43,689 bases of DNA from Octopus sinensis (Eukaryota). Shown in pieces: positions 12,330 to 25,440 of this stretch (the stretch's first letter is position 1; each line of letters begins with the position of its first letter). The translations under genes and the position numbers were made by a program. The stretch is taken from assembly GCF_006345805.1 (NCBI RefSeq), contig NW_021834996.1, forward strand, positions 1 through 43,689, in the 5' to 3' direction. A model generated the notes under the pieces. The model had not been told where the DNA came from. It worked only from the letters and a program-made list of their open reading frames with translations, and made no database searches.

Positions 12330-12585
12330 TATATGTGTGTGTATGTATGTATGTATGTATGTATGTATGAATGTATGTATGTATGTATGTAGTATGTATG
12401 TATGTATGTATGTATGTATGAATGTATGTATGTATGTATGTATGTATGTATGTATGTATGTATGTATGTATGTATGTATGTATGTATGTATGTATGTATG
12501 TATGTATGTATGTATGTATGTATGTATGTATGTATGTATGAATGTATGTATGTATGTATGCATGTATGTATGTATGTGTCTGTCT
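12330..12585. repeat. (TATG)n, about 60 units
   Basis: direct reading. Confidence 0.97.
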
Positions 12586-12782
12586 GTCTGTCTTTGTGTC
12601 TGTGTTTCTCACCCACCATCGCTTGACAACTGGTGTTGGTGTGTTTATGTCCTCCTTAACTTAGTGGTTTGACAAAAAAGTGCTGATAGAATAAGTACCG
12701 GGGTAGTTTCATTTGAATAAAAATTCCTCAAGGTGATGACCCGGCATGGCCGCAGTCTAATGACCGAAAATTTAAAGATAAT
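12586..12782 (+). mobile_element. SINE A 3' half
   Basis: gcttgacaac...ggtgtgtttatgtcc...gatagaataagtacc...gcatggccgcagtctaatgaccgaaa; homologous to 6650-6870. Confidence 0.8.
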
Positions 12783-12859
12783 CATTTCTTGGCCTAGGGT
12801 TAAACAACAACTCTATGACCAGAGATCTTACCCGGATACTCTGAGGCCAATAACTCATC

Positions 12860-13200
12860 TCAATGTATTCCAATGTACTCTTTAAGAATATATATCTTAA
12901 ACACAAGCTACTATCAATATTACTGTCTCATTGTACTTTAATGCACCCATATATTATAGACAAGCTAGTATCAGCACTTATTTCATTGTACTTCTATGTA
13001 CTCTATGACGATTTATGATATCTTAGACTCAAGCTACTATCAATTCTGTTATCCAACAGTACTCCAATGTATTCTATGGCAGTATATGATAAGTTAAAGG
13101 CAAACTAGTATCAACACTTATCTCACAGTAACAATATATGATATCACTTAGATGAGCTACTGTCAATATTGTTATCTCACTGTACTCAGATGTACTCTAC
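12860..13200. repeat. degenerate 52-71-bp minisatellite with two alternating unit types
   Basis: aagctactatcaat and aagctagtatca alternate at 12905, 12962, 13031, 13102 and 13154. Confidence 0.75.
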
Positions 13201-13979
13201 TACAATAAAGACGTGTGGTTCAGGGGTACCTGAGTGGAGAAGGTGCGAGACCTGCCAGATCCAAGGAGCTGTGGCCAAAATTGTAGTGGTAAAAACGAAC
13301 GGTAAAGAGGGAAGAGGGCATGTCTGTGTGCAATTGACTGGAACATGTCTTAGTTGGGGAATAAAGCGCTTAAGTTCAAATCCAATCTAGTAGAATCTAC
13401 ATATCTAAGAATAAGATGCCTCATAATGAACGGAGAGGAAGATCAAATTGACCGAAATCTATTGCAGATAAAAATATTTAAACAATATAAAATGGCCTAT
13501 TTTTAAAGATGAGATTACTTAGTCTAAAAAATGATAATCTTATTAACAATCTTAATTAACAACAAATCATTTCAGATAGTTAGGACCTTTAATTAACAGA
13601 TACTAAACTTGTTTTTAATATATATTTTTCATTAAAATAATCTCATTTTTTTTCTGTCTTGTTTAATTTCGATTCCACTTTTAGTTTTTATTTTAATTTT
13701 ATGTTTTCTCTTTGCTCAAAAAAAAAAAAAAAACAATTTCGAGAAATCTGTAAAAGTTTACGTCTGAATTAATATTTCCAGTTGTAAAAAAAATGTAATT
13801 GAACAATAACAATAACAAAAACAAAAACAATATCTGATTAACTGATGTTTGTTATCTGCTTTAATAGATAATGTGTCTACTGTCTCAGTTGTAATAGATC
13901 GATAGTTATATGATAGCTAAAATACTAGATATAATGAACCAAAAAATATTTTAACCAACCAAAATTGCATTTATGAAAA

Positions 13980-14470
13980 AATAGAAATATTATCAGTGTT
14001 AAAGATAATTTTTATCAGGAAAAATAAGAACGACAACTCCGAAATAAAAACAATGATTAAAAATTGTATGGCTGCATAGAGTGGAGCGTTAGTTTACAAA
14101 GTTATTTTTATAATGAGTAAAGAATATTATAAATGTTAATGATAATTTTTATCAGAAAGGGTAAGGAAGTCGACTACGAAATCGAAACTGATTTAAAATT
14201 CTGTGTGAAGCTGGTTTGCAGAATTAAATCTGTAATGAAAAGAAATATCATTAATGTTAATGATACTTTTTATCAGAAAAAGTAAGGACGACAACACCGA
14301 AATAAATAACAAAACAATTTAAATAGTATGGTTGCATCCAGTGGAGTGTTAGGTTGCAAAGTTATGCTTATAATAAGAAGAGAATATCATTAATATTAAT
14401 GATAATCTTTATTAAGAAAGGTAAGGCAGGCAACTTTGAAGTTAAAATTGATTGAAATTATAATTTGAAT
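13980..14470. repeat. AT-rich tandem array of 4 units (137/121/139-bp spacing) with ABAB organisation
   Basis: gataatttttatcag anchor at 14004, 14141, 14262 and 14401. Confidence 0.8.
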
Positions 14471-14682
14471 GGTAGAATGCAGTTTGGAGTGAGTTTGAAT
14501 TTTGGCAAGTGTGGTCATATCTCTGGACATATTTCGATCGTAGTAGACTTTCTTAGTAGAAGGTAGTCTTGCTAGTTCTTACATGACCTTACAAATAATA
14601 TTGTGTACCATGATTTTTGTCCTAGGGTAGCAACTGTTATGTCCTATTTGCTTGCCCCCAGAGAATATGGAAAATGGCTAAT

Positions 14683-14994
14683 ATTTCCTTCAAACTTTGC
14701 ATTTGCTACATTTATTCAAACCCCAAAGAATCCCTCTCAACACAAGGCCATGTTGCTCTTCCACTACTCCTGCTCATGATCAGATATGCACATATTGTCA
14801 ACCACTAAGGAACATGCTCAAGTGGTTAAGGTCAAGCAAATGACAAGCAGGTCTGTGATATTGAGCAGAATATTTGCTATAACGATATTCCTGCTTCAGC
14901 AACTCATTGCTGAGTCTGTTTGAAGTGTAATGGAAAATAGGTCAGTTTTTAAAACAGTTATGTCCAAGACGCAAAAGCAAAATTTGAAGGGAAT
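14683..14994. mobile_element. MITE-like element with ~24-bp inverted repeats
   Basis: atttccttcaaactttgcatttgc (14683-14706) vs gcaaaagcaaaatttgaagggaat (14971-14994). Confidence 0.6.
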
Positions 14995-15124
14995 GGTAGT
15001 CGTTTCCTTTGATTTCTAGATAGAAGCAAATAGGAAATAACACTTACTGACCAAAGACAAAAATGTATAAATAAATAAATAGATAGATAAATTATTTTGT
15101 TGTAGAGCGTAATAAACCACCAGT

Positions 15125-15440
15125 ATAACCATCACAACTACCACCACCACCACCTCCACCACCACCATCACCATAGCCACCATCACTGCAAATACTACCA
15201 CCACCACCTCCACCACCACCACCACCACCACCACCACCCCACCACCACCACCACCACCACCACCACCACCACTACCACCGTCAACTCCGTTGTCATAGTC
15301 ACTCTCATCACCACAACCACAGTCACTGCCACCGGCACTATCACAATCACGACTGCTTACAACAACACTACCACCAACAATAACCACAACAACAACAAGC
15401 ACCCACGCATGTACCACCACCACCACCACCACCACCACAA
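15125..15440. repeat. (CAC/CAA)-rich trinucleotide tract
   Basis: direct reading. Confidence 0.9.
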
Positions 15441-15943
15441 TCGTTATTAACAAGTGTGAAAAGAGAATTATCAAAACGATAATCAAAATTTGGAGTCGAA
15501 AGAATTGAGCGTCCTTCGCTGGTTCCTCGTCGTCTGGACATGGGTCTTTGTTCGAAGTCAGTCGAGCCGCTAGAAATAGCAACTAAACTTCACACATCCC
15601 ACATCAATGACTTCCGTTAATTCAGGTTTCATTACGCATGAAGATATTTCCTCACTTACGCGCATGCACAGATTTATATGTGTGTGTGCGCACGCGCGTG
15701 TGTGTGCGCGCGTGAGTATGTGTGAGTGTGTGCGTGTATCTGTGTGTGTGTATGTGTGTGTACACACACACACATATGTATGTAAGTAATGTTCGTAGCC
15801 TCTTCAACATGGCTGTGCGTTAGAACGGACTTTACTGCAATTTTTTAACTCTAAGAAAACATCTGCTCTAGCAGGTTATCAATGAACAGCTGCATCCGAT
15901 ATATTGCGAGCAGGGGAGCGACCCCCTACCACCTTCTATACAC

Positions 15944-15975
<32 letters not shown>

Positions 15976-16050
15976 GCGCACGTGTGTAAAGAATAAAAAG
16001 TTTGGAGTGGTACAACAATGAACTATGATAAAGACAATGGGCTGTGTATA

Positions 16051-16403
16051 CCTGTTGTAATTTAGTCGTCCATAGTGTGATATGATATTTCGGAATGATA
16101 TTCCTTCCTCAAAAAAAAAATAAAAGAAGAGAAGAGTAAAAAAATAACAAGGGAAAAAAAGGAAGCTGCACGTTTAATACATAACTTGGAAGCAGCGCTA
16201 CGGATGTACCAGCACACAGGAGGTTGAGACATGAGGAATTCCGGAAGGAGAATCGTGAGGCCACTGCTGAGACGCTTCCAAAAAATAAAAAAGGAAAGCC
16301 GTTAGAAAACCGATTATAGCAGCGACTCCAACTAAGAATATCTGAAGAAGGAACATTATTCCGAAATATCACATGAGACTATGGATGACTAAATTACAAC
16401 AGG
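16051..16403. repeat. 60-bp inverted repeat (16051-16110 and 16344-16403)
   Basis: cctgttgtaatttagtcgtccatagtgtgatatgatatttcggaatgatattccttcctc vs the reverse complement of 16344-16403, with about 7 mismatches. Confidence 0.85.
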
Positions 16404-16404
16404 G

Positions 16405-16672
<268 letters not shown>

Positions 16673-17034
16673 ATTGCAGGATTCATTAGAATCTATGCAT
16701 AACAACGTGTATGGTGCCATGTTTAAAATTTAACTAACAATGGCTGGTTTTTGCCTTGATGTAATCTAAGAATGCCTCAATAAAATGGTACCAAAACAGG
16801 TGTGAATTTTGAACTCTACTCGTGTTCTTGTTTTAGGTATATATTTATATGTATATACGTACACACACACATGCACACACACATACACACACACACATAA
16901 ATATACACGAGTGGTAGGTTTGTTTGCAGCTATTCTTCTCTCTCTAAGTCCGACACAGTTTGGTAGTAGTGGGATCACGAGCGAACTCGGGACGGTAGGA
17001 AGAGGGATACTTACCTTATGGCACTTTGTCCCAC

Positions 17035-17185
17035 GTTCTAATAACCAATGTGACTTGTACTTTTTTTTATCGACCACGGAAAAAGGAAAGATAAATTTGA
17101 TCTCGGTTCGATTTGAACACAGAACCTGAAGAGTTGGGATAAATATCACATGGCCATTGGTCCGATTGCGAAACGGTTCTGTCAA
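17035..17185 (-). mobile_element. SINE B, degenerate copy
   Basis: minus: gttctgtgttcaaatcgaaccgagatcaaatttatctttcctttttccgtggtcgataaaa...gtac. Confidence 0.6.
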
Positions 17186-17519
17186 TCCTTTGCTATGTAC
17201 CTTAGAAAAATGGAGAGCACATTGAACACTGTATTCGTAGATACACTAAGCACGATCACGGATACACTAAGCATGGTCACTAAGCGTGGCCACGGATGGA
17301 ATGATGGTGCTTGTAGATCTATCTCGAATTAAGCATAGTATAACTGTTTATTGACGTCTAATGTCATCTGCAATGTCCACAAATAAATCCTATTTGCTCC
17401 AGGCCTTGCCCTCTTGCTGTACTGCAGAGGGTTGGATCCACATCTTAACATTTTTTCTGTGTTTCTTCTCTTTACCACTTCACCATCCGATTATCCCTTC
17501 ACATATGACAAGTAGTCTT

Positions 17520-17770
17520 GCATACAACACAATTTATTGCTTTACATTAACAGCTTCATATTAAAGTAGTTGGATATACAACACTATTACATAACGTTAA
17601 CAATTTTATATTAAAGTAGTTCGTATACCGTACACGCTATTACACAACTTACTCAGTTTTATGTTGGTCTTATAAACGATAATTTACTATATAACGTTAA
17701 CATTTTTATATTAAAGTAACCATGCATACAACACAATTTATTGCATAAAACTTAAAAACTTTATATGTAT
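17520..17770. repeat. degenerate ~50-bp AT-rich tandem repeat
   Basis: recurring tatattaaagta, ataacgttaaca and acacaatttattgc. Confidence 0.6.
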
Positions 17771-17964
17771 ATTTTATATAATTTATTGCATGTTCTTGCA
17801 TAAAACTCAATTAGATAATGTAATTCTGTATACAAAGTAGTTACGTAACATTAACAGCCACAGTACGATTTCTTAAATTGTTATAACAACTTTGTACTAG
17901 ACTTGTACTCAGCACCATTTCTTACATAACATATTAATTCACTGTATCACTGTATCGACTAGAC

Positions 17965-18302
17965 CAGTGGTTCTCAACCGGGGCCCACATGGCTTCTGAG
18001 GGATCATATATGGTTTTTGGGGTCTCATGTAGCAAAATAGTAAATTGGGGATCCACAGTACAATTTTAAGGGTCTCTGGAAAAGTTTTGCCTTAGACGTA
18101 TTTATTTTAAGAAACAGCTTCGCGGTTTCTTCAACATTTTGCATAGTTCAACCTACAGACGTTCATGTGTGAAAGACAGACTAGAAATTTTGAAAGAAGT
18201 TTCTATAAAATTAGGTTTTAAACATCGAATGGCAATGGGGGTCCACCAGAATAAAATAGTAATCAAAGGGGTTCATAGATAAAAAACGATTGAGAACCCC
18301 TG
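17965..18302. mobile_element. hAT (Charlie-like) MITE
   Basis: terminal inverted repeats cagtggttctcaac ... gattgagaacccctg; no clean 8-bp TSD. Confidence 0.7.
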
Positions 18303-18334
18303 GACGGTTGAGAACACAATCAAATTTTATTAAA

Positions 18335-18600
18335 GATCACTGGCCATAAAGCGCTTTCAATTCGTTCTTGACTGTGCCATGTTTTTCCGTCTTGGGCCAA
18401 AATGTTTCCCTTAATCGTCGTCCCATTGATGCGATGGATTCCGAGCCGCCTTTTCTGAACTCTTGGATCCCACTCGCAACTGCATGATTCCATCTGTTGC
18501 CTATGAACCTTGCAACATGTCCGGTCCAGCAGAACTTGTACTCTCGGTACGGTGCGATTACGCTATTTGTTTCTCTTTTCGGATATGTTATCACATATTC
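18335..18600 (-). mobile_element. RTE-type LINE 3' fragment
   Basis: KFCWTGHVARFIGNRW matches the RTE K..WAGHVAR..DNRW block. Confidence 0.75.
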
Positions 18601-19384
18601 CTAACAGGTGTCTTTCCCTGACGCGTTGTATCTTAGCCAATCGATGTCCTTCCCAGGTAGGATAATGACTGACACGTAGACTCAATTAATATCCTTAAAA
18701 TCAAAATTAAAAACGGAAATAAATCTTGCAAAAGAATGTAAATAATGATTTTAAAAATGGTTTTACAATCTAAAAACAATTTCTGGAATCCAGTAATTCT
18801 GCTTCCTGGAAAGAAATTATCCCCAGGTCAAAGAATTGCAGATCTAGAACCAGGAAGCGTTTTTACGGCTACTCGACATGCTAGATATATCAGTGAAATA
18901 TTCAGCAAATCGCAGCCTGCTTACTTAGCCTTTTGCTCGTTCTGTCTTATCACATTTGATAGACAGGATACATTTCCCTGGCGTCCATTCATCATATATT
19001 ATACACATTCTCAATTTTTGTCAACCACCAGAGTAACTTGGGACATATGAAAGGAAAGCTTAGAACGCATGAAACAAGGGTTCGAGCTAACTTTAAGTCT
19101 GAAAAGAAGCGTAGACGTTTAGGGCAAGCTTATGAAAATACTTAGGATAGGCAAAGGGTTAAGAAACGAAGAACATATTGGACAATATATTCTTAAACAT
19201 GCTATGATATACTACTACGTCTTAATATTCAAACAACAGGGGTAGTCATGGTTGCAACGCTTTTAAAAATGTCTCTTCTCATCCATCAAGGCTGACTTGG
19301 AGCAATCCACTCAAGTCATTCTAGAAGTTTCTCCAGTGGATTTGGTGGAGTCCAGACAAACACACAAGGAATCATTGAGATATA

Positions 19385-19615
19385 TTTATCATATTTTATA
19401 TGCTACTGATTAACAATAACGTTGTCAATCACATATCATATTTTATAGGGTATTGATGAACAAAAACGTTGTCGGTTATATTTATTTTAAATATTATGTG
19501 GTAGTAGTGAACTATAACGCCCATGTTTATATGTATCTCATATTTTATGTAGTATTAGTTAACTATAACGCCATTCTTTACATATACCACATATTTTATG
19601 TGGTATTATAGCGAC
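19385..19615. repeat. degenerate ~50-bp tandem repeat
   Basis: recurring catattttat...aactataacgcc / aataacgttgtc. Confidence 0.6.
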
Positions 19616-19849
19616 GAAGGTTATATTTGTCTGATGTTCTATATATTTTATATCACAATAAAAGCGTCTTTCATTATAGATTTTTAATAAGCCAATAACT
19701 GGTACGCGGCTGTTTTTGTCAGTGTGAGTGACAAAGGATTGTCTGTGCAGATCAAGCGGGAAAAATACCACGAGGAATTTTTATTTACAAGCGTCAGTTT
19801 TTTCGATTTCTTCGCTACTTTTCATCTTTCACTGGTATATACTGGAAAG

Positions 19850-19984
19850 ATTTACACACACACACACACACAAGCACGCGTGCATACACAAGCACACGTA
19901 TATACACAAGCGTATATATATATTTATCCCGCTCTCTTACCTTCCTTCTTTATGTGTGCGTGTATACATACATACATACATACA

Positions 19985-20020
<36 letters not shown>

Positions 20021-20129
20021 TATATAATATATATATATATATGTATGTATGTATTTATATATATATTTATATATATGCGTATGCATGCATATATGTGCAT
20101 ATATAGGCATATATATATATATATGTATG

Positions 20130-20182
<53 letters not shown>

Positions 20183-20216
20183 GTACATACATACATACAA
20201 ATCCATACATACAAAT

Positions 20217-20262
<46 letters not shown>
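19850..20262. repeat. compound (CA)/(CATA)/(TA) microsatellites
   Basis: direct reading. Confidence 0.95.
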
Positions 20263-20263
<1 letters not shown>

Positions 20264-21189
20264 AAGTATATCTGAATATATGTACATGTAAAAAGCAAGA
20301 AATCGTATCATTACACAAGAAAAGAACTGCAAGAAGTATATACTCTGTATTGACTGAAGAAACTAGAGTTGTGCAAATATAAAAGAGAAGATCGGTAGAG
20401 GGTTAAGAAAAAAAAGGTTATCTGGAGGAAGAAGGAAGATACTATGACTAGAAATAGAAAAATAAAATAATAACAATGTTGCGAAAGACTCTGTGAAAAT
20501 ATGTATAAGAAAGATGGTAGAAAATAGCCAAGAAATATCGATTTGTACGAACGAAAAATAACGTCAGTGTCAGTCATTTTGTGTCAAGGGCGCGAATAAG
20601 CAGCACAGAAATCATAGAAGAATATACAGATAAGGAAGACGTTCTCCTGAACTTGCTGCTATGTACTGCAAGCAATTGTATGTATACTTTCTTTATATGG
20701 ATTTTCCTGTACTGATAAAGTTGTAATCATTTCCGTTCTTAATCAGAAAAAGATAAGAAAAACATACGGGCGGGGGGGAATAAAAATACAAAAGTTTTAC
20801 GGTAGTTTTGTTGGGTTTTTTTTAAACGTTCTTGTATTTTTATTTATTTTAAAAAAAGTAAGAAAGAAGACCGAAGCAAACTTTAAATAATATTTTTTTT
20901 GTTTTAATTCTATTAATTTTTTCTTGTTTTCATAATTCTTTTTTTTAATATTTCGCAAAGCTTCTGCCTTTGGCAGAGTCGTTATAACGCCGGGCAAAAC
21001 GACTTGCAGTATTTGATTAAAGAGAAGGACATTTTATGTTGCGGCTTCAAATCTGGTTACCGTCAACTTTATGTCCTCTGTTTCCTTGCTTGATTACGAA
21101 AAAAAAATAATAATAAATAACCTCAACCAGTCTAGGACGTTGGCTTAGCGTTGGAGAACATGCATTGGATTTTTTCCCAGCAGTTCTTT

Positions 21190-21360
21190 ATGCTTCGAGA
21201 TCGTCTGCTACAACACAAGTGTGAAGCTGTATGGGTGCTTCTTTTTTCCAGTGGGTCATATCGGTGATGTGGAGAGGCAAGACTTGCCGTATGAGGGAGG
21301 AGTTGCTAGTTCTCCAGGGACATAGCAACATAGTCATAGGGACATAGTCATCTCTGTCAG
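21190..21360 (-). mobile_element. possible RTE 3' remnant
   Basis: degenerate H..RM...RPTGKKK...VVADDLEA-like translation. Confidence 0.35.
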
Positions 21361-21805
21361 ACAAACACGTAAACACCCATATTTCTTTCTTTCTTTTATT
21401 TATTTATTTTAAGTGGGGTACCTCGTGATGATTACTCTTAGGTTTTCATGAGGATGCGAAGTATGACAATTCCGTTTCAGAAATCTCAGAACGGATTCTG
21501 CTATTTCATATCCTATCTTTGAGGTTAGATTTAGAATTTGTTATATGTGGGTAGTGGCTGTTCGCAGTTTTGATCGCAATATTTGATTAGAACTTCACAT
21601 TCCAAGATAGGCAATTTTCGTTTATTACTTTAGTTAAATTATCCTGACTAATGGTAGGTAGGTGCATCGTTTTTGTCTCTAAGCGTATCAGGACATTTTA
21701 TTAATTTCATTCTCTGAACCGCCACTTAATAGTTTCAGTGGTTGTTAGTCTTATCTGTGATTATATTAGTATCATCTTTTCCACGTTCATTTACTATACT
21801 GCTCT

Positions 21806-22196
21806 ATACGTGGAGGCGCAATGGCCCAGTGGTTAGGGCGGCGGACTCGTGGTCATAGGATCGCGGTTTCGATTCCCAGACCGGGCGTTGTGAGTGTTTA
21901 TTGAGCGAAAACACCTAAAAGCTCCACGATGCTCCGGCAGGGGATGGTGGTGATCCCTGCTGTACTCTTTCACCACACTTTCTCTCACCCTTACTTCCAG
22001 TTTCTGTTGTACCTGTATTTCAAGGGGCCGGCCTTGTCACTGTCTGTGTCACGCTGAATATCCCCGAGAACTACGTTAAGGGTGCACGTGTGTGTGGAGT
22101 GCTCAGCCACTTACACGTTAATTTCACGAGCAGGCTGTTCCGTTGATTCGGATCAACCGGAACCCTCATCGTCGTAACCGACGGAGTACTTCCATC
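21806..22196 (+). mobile_element. SINE family E, full length, with a 13-bp TSD
   Basis: A box tggcccagtgg and B box ggtttcgattccc; TSD actatactgctct at 21793-21805 and 22197-22209. Confidence 0.93.
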
Positions 22197-22858
22197 ACTA
22201 TACTGCTCTGTTTAGACGGTTTAGTTAACGAGTCATGTGGTTTATAAATGCTGTGTTTTTTTGTGTATAATACTTGAAAGTCAGAGTTGTTGGTATTTGA
22301 AGAAGTAATAAATTGAATCTTATATCTAAATCACTTTTATATCTAAAAGCACTATTATAGTATTCTGAGCTTCTAATACTTCTATTAGAGAAAAGTGTGG
22401 ACATTCCAAAGAAAATGTTACTCATAAGATTACGAATTGAGAATTTTGGATGATTATAATTTTTGTGAATGTATTTATGATTTTCGTTGGAAAAAATACC
22501 TGGAAAAAATACATGGGACACTGTTCAAAGATGACGTCAAGGAGATTAACAGATTATAGTTTTCGAAGAGGGATGATAATCTTTAACGGAGTCTCTCAAG
22601 TTTAAAGATAATAAAACGCCCTGACGACAAAACTGATCCACCTACCAGTTGTTGCAATTTAATCAAATATACGAATATGGCAAATCTATTCATCTTGAGT
22701 GTGAACGTTTAAACAAACCTAACATTGAGACAAAAACTTTAACAACAGCAAACATATGTACTAAAATCTATATCTAAGCCATGAGTAGGATACTAAATAA
22801 TATAATCCGTTCTAACATTTCTAAAACGTGTGTGTGTGTGTGCGTGCGTGCGTGTGAT

Positions 22859-23262
22859 GGCGAGCCGCTAAGTTATTTTATCAAATTCCATTGGGGAACC
22901 GCTAATTTATTTTATCGATCACGTTCGGAGAACCGCTAAGTTATTTTATCATTCTCCTTTGGCGAACGGCTAGATTATTTTATCGATCACGTTTGGCGAA
23001 CCGCTAAGTTATTTTATCGATCTTCTTTGGCGAACCGCTAGCTTATATTATCGAACACGCTTGGTGAACCGCTAGGTTATTTTACCGATTTCCTCTGGCG
23101 AAATGCTCAATTATTTTATCGATCTCGTTTGGCGAACCGCCAGGTTATTTTATCGATCTCCTTTGGCGAACCACTAAATTATTTTATCGATCATGTTTGG
23201 CGAACCGCTAAGTTATTTTATCGATTTCCTTTGGCGAAACGCTCAATTATTTTATCGATCTC
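22859..23262. repeat. 12 x 34-bp minisatellite derived from a SINE A segment
   Basis: unit ggcgaaccgctaagttattttatcgatc(a/t)c(g/c)ttt starts at 22859 and every 34 bp to 23233, with no indels. Confidence 0.95.
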
Positions 23263-23605
23263 GATATTTTGTCTGCCGTTACGTTCTGAGTTCAAATTCC
23301 GCCGAGGTCGACTTTGCCTTTCATCCTTTCGGGGTCGATAAATTAAGTACCAGTTACGTAATGGGGTCGATATAATCGACTTAATCCGTCTGTCTGTCCT
23401 TGGTTGTCCCCTCTGTGTTTAGCCCCTTGTGGGTAGTAAAGAAATAGGTATTTCGCCCGTCGCTACGTTCAAATTCCGCCGAGGTCGACTTTGACTTTCA
23501 TTCATTCAGTTTCGATAAGTCAAGTACCAGTTTAATACTGGGGTCGATATAATCGACTATCCCACTTTCCCAACTTTCAGGCCTTGTGCCTATAACAGAA
23601 AGGAT
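23263..23605 (+). mobile_element. two tandem headless SINE B bodies
   Basis: gtctgccgttacgttctgagttcaaattccgccgaggtcgactttgcc...aaagaaata|ggtatttcg...ttcaaattccgccgagg. Confidence 0.88.
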
Positions 23606-23752
23606 ATATATACGACGAGCTTCTTTCAGTTTCCGTCTACCAAATCCACACAAAAGACTTTGGTCGGCCCCAGGTTTTAGCAGTAGAAACTTGCCCAAGG
23701 TGTCACGTTGTTGGACTAAATCCGGAACGATGTTTCTTTCCACACAGCCAAA
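23606..23752 (-). mobile_element. SINE A 5' half
   Basis: cgacgagcttctttcagtttccgtctaccaaatcc...acttgcccaagg...ccacacagcca. Confidence 0.8.
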
Positions 23753-24169
23753 CCGAAGTTTATAATATAGCTTTCATCTAAGTAAAACAATTCACGAGTT
23801 CTTTTTTTCTTCGCTGGAATCTTGTTGGCTATATTTTATTAGTCTGGAACTGAAAGCCCAAAATACAATAACAGTTATAGTCACAAGAGTTACCACTGAG
23901 GGATGCACCCCGAGAGGAAAATGTTCTTGTTACCAATTTTCTTCGACTAACACTTCCTGCAAATTTCTGGCTTTGTACCAACTTATAAATAATTATTCAC
24001 TAATACAGTATTATAACTTTTATCGTTTCAGTTTTCTCTCCATCATTCCCCATTTTCTATCCCTTCCCTTTTCTCCCTTCTTCCCTCTCCAATTCTCTCT
24101 CTCTGTCAGGCTGTTACTCCCTTTGTGTTTCTTTGTTCCTCTCTCTGTCCCTCCTTTCTTTCCACCTCC

Positions 24170-24683
24170 TTCTCATTCTCATTCTCACTCTCACTCTCAC
24201 TCTATCTATCTGTATGTCTATCTATCACTATCTGTCTGTCTATATGTCTCTCTCTCTCTCCCTCACTCTCTGTCAGTTTGTGTATCAGTCTCTTTATGTT
24301 TGCCTTCCCTCTCTCTCTGTCTCCCTCCCCCTCTCTCCCTTTCTCTGTCTGTTTGTCTGTATGTCTGTCCCTCTCTGTCACCCTCTCCCCCTCCCTCTTT
24401 CATTCCCTCATTTTATCTCTCTCCGTCTGTCTGTCTCTCCCGCTTTCTCTCTCTCTCTCTTTCTTTCTCTCTCGCTTCCTCTTCTCTCTCTTCTCTCTCG
24501 TATCGAAGGTAATAACTCAAGTGGCAGACATTTTCAGAGTTCTTAACAATATCACATAAAACCACAAATTTCATGTTCATATAAAATCACGAGGTAAACA
24601 AATGAAAGAAAAAAAAGTAACAGACGGAACATAGAGAGAGTAAGACTATAAACAAAGGAAAGAGAGCGAGAGAGTGAGAGAGG

Positions 24684-24758
<75 letters not shown>

Positions 24759-24935
24759 AAGACAGACAGTCAGACAGGTAGACAGACAGACAGGCGGACA
24801 GATAGACAGGCAGACAGGCAGACAGATAGACAGGCAGACAGGCAGACAGATAGACAGGCAGACATACCGATAGATAGACAGACAGAGAGAGAGACAGACA
24901 GACATACCGATAGATAGATAGATAGATAGACAGAC

Positions 24936-25010
<75 letters not shown>
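24170..25010. repeat. (TC)/(TCTG) tract and (GATA)/(GACA) tract separated by unique sequence
   Basis: direct reading. Confidence 0.9.
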
Positions 25011-25341
25011 GGTGGGGAATAACAAGCGTTGAGGTAAATAATAAGAATCATTATTTATGTTTTAACTCAACAACTTTCGTTAAAGATATTTGTAATTTCT
25101 TGAAATTGTTAAATTCTGACGAGCAGACGATGATGGATCCTTTTGAAGAATCCTCAAGAATCACAAAAATTCTTTTTTCTTTATTTTTCTTTGCTTTTTT
25201 GCGGATATAAATCAACGAGAGTATTTGTGAAAAGCAATCTTAACCGAATGATGTAATGTAGGAATCAAGAAAATTAATTGCATATAAACATACTTAAATA
25301 CGAACATACATATGCATGCATATACAAATCCATACACATAC

Positions 25342-25440
<99 letters not shown>

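Noticed and set aside
18600-19260. Unique-looking stretch as a host exon
   Set aside because: No recognisable protein motif in the frames I read; it cannot be excluded without RNA-seq or a homology search.
21806-21885. SINE heads as tRNA genes
   Set aside because: A and B boxes are present, but there is no proper acceptor stem and they continue into SINE bodies.
22859-23262. CRISPR array
   Set aside because: The variable parts are only ~7-10 bp and related to each other, the context is eukaryotic, no cas genes are present, and the unit derives from a SINE.
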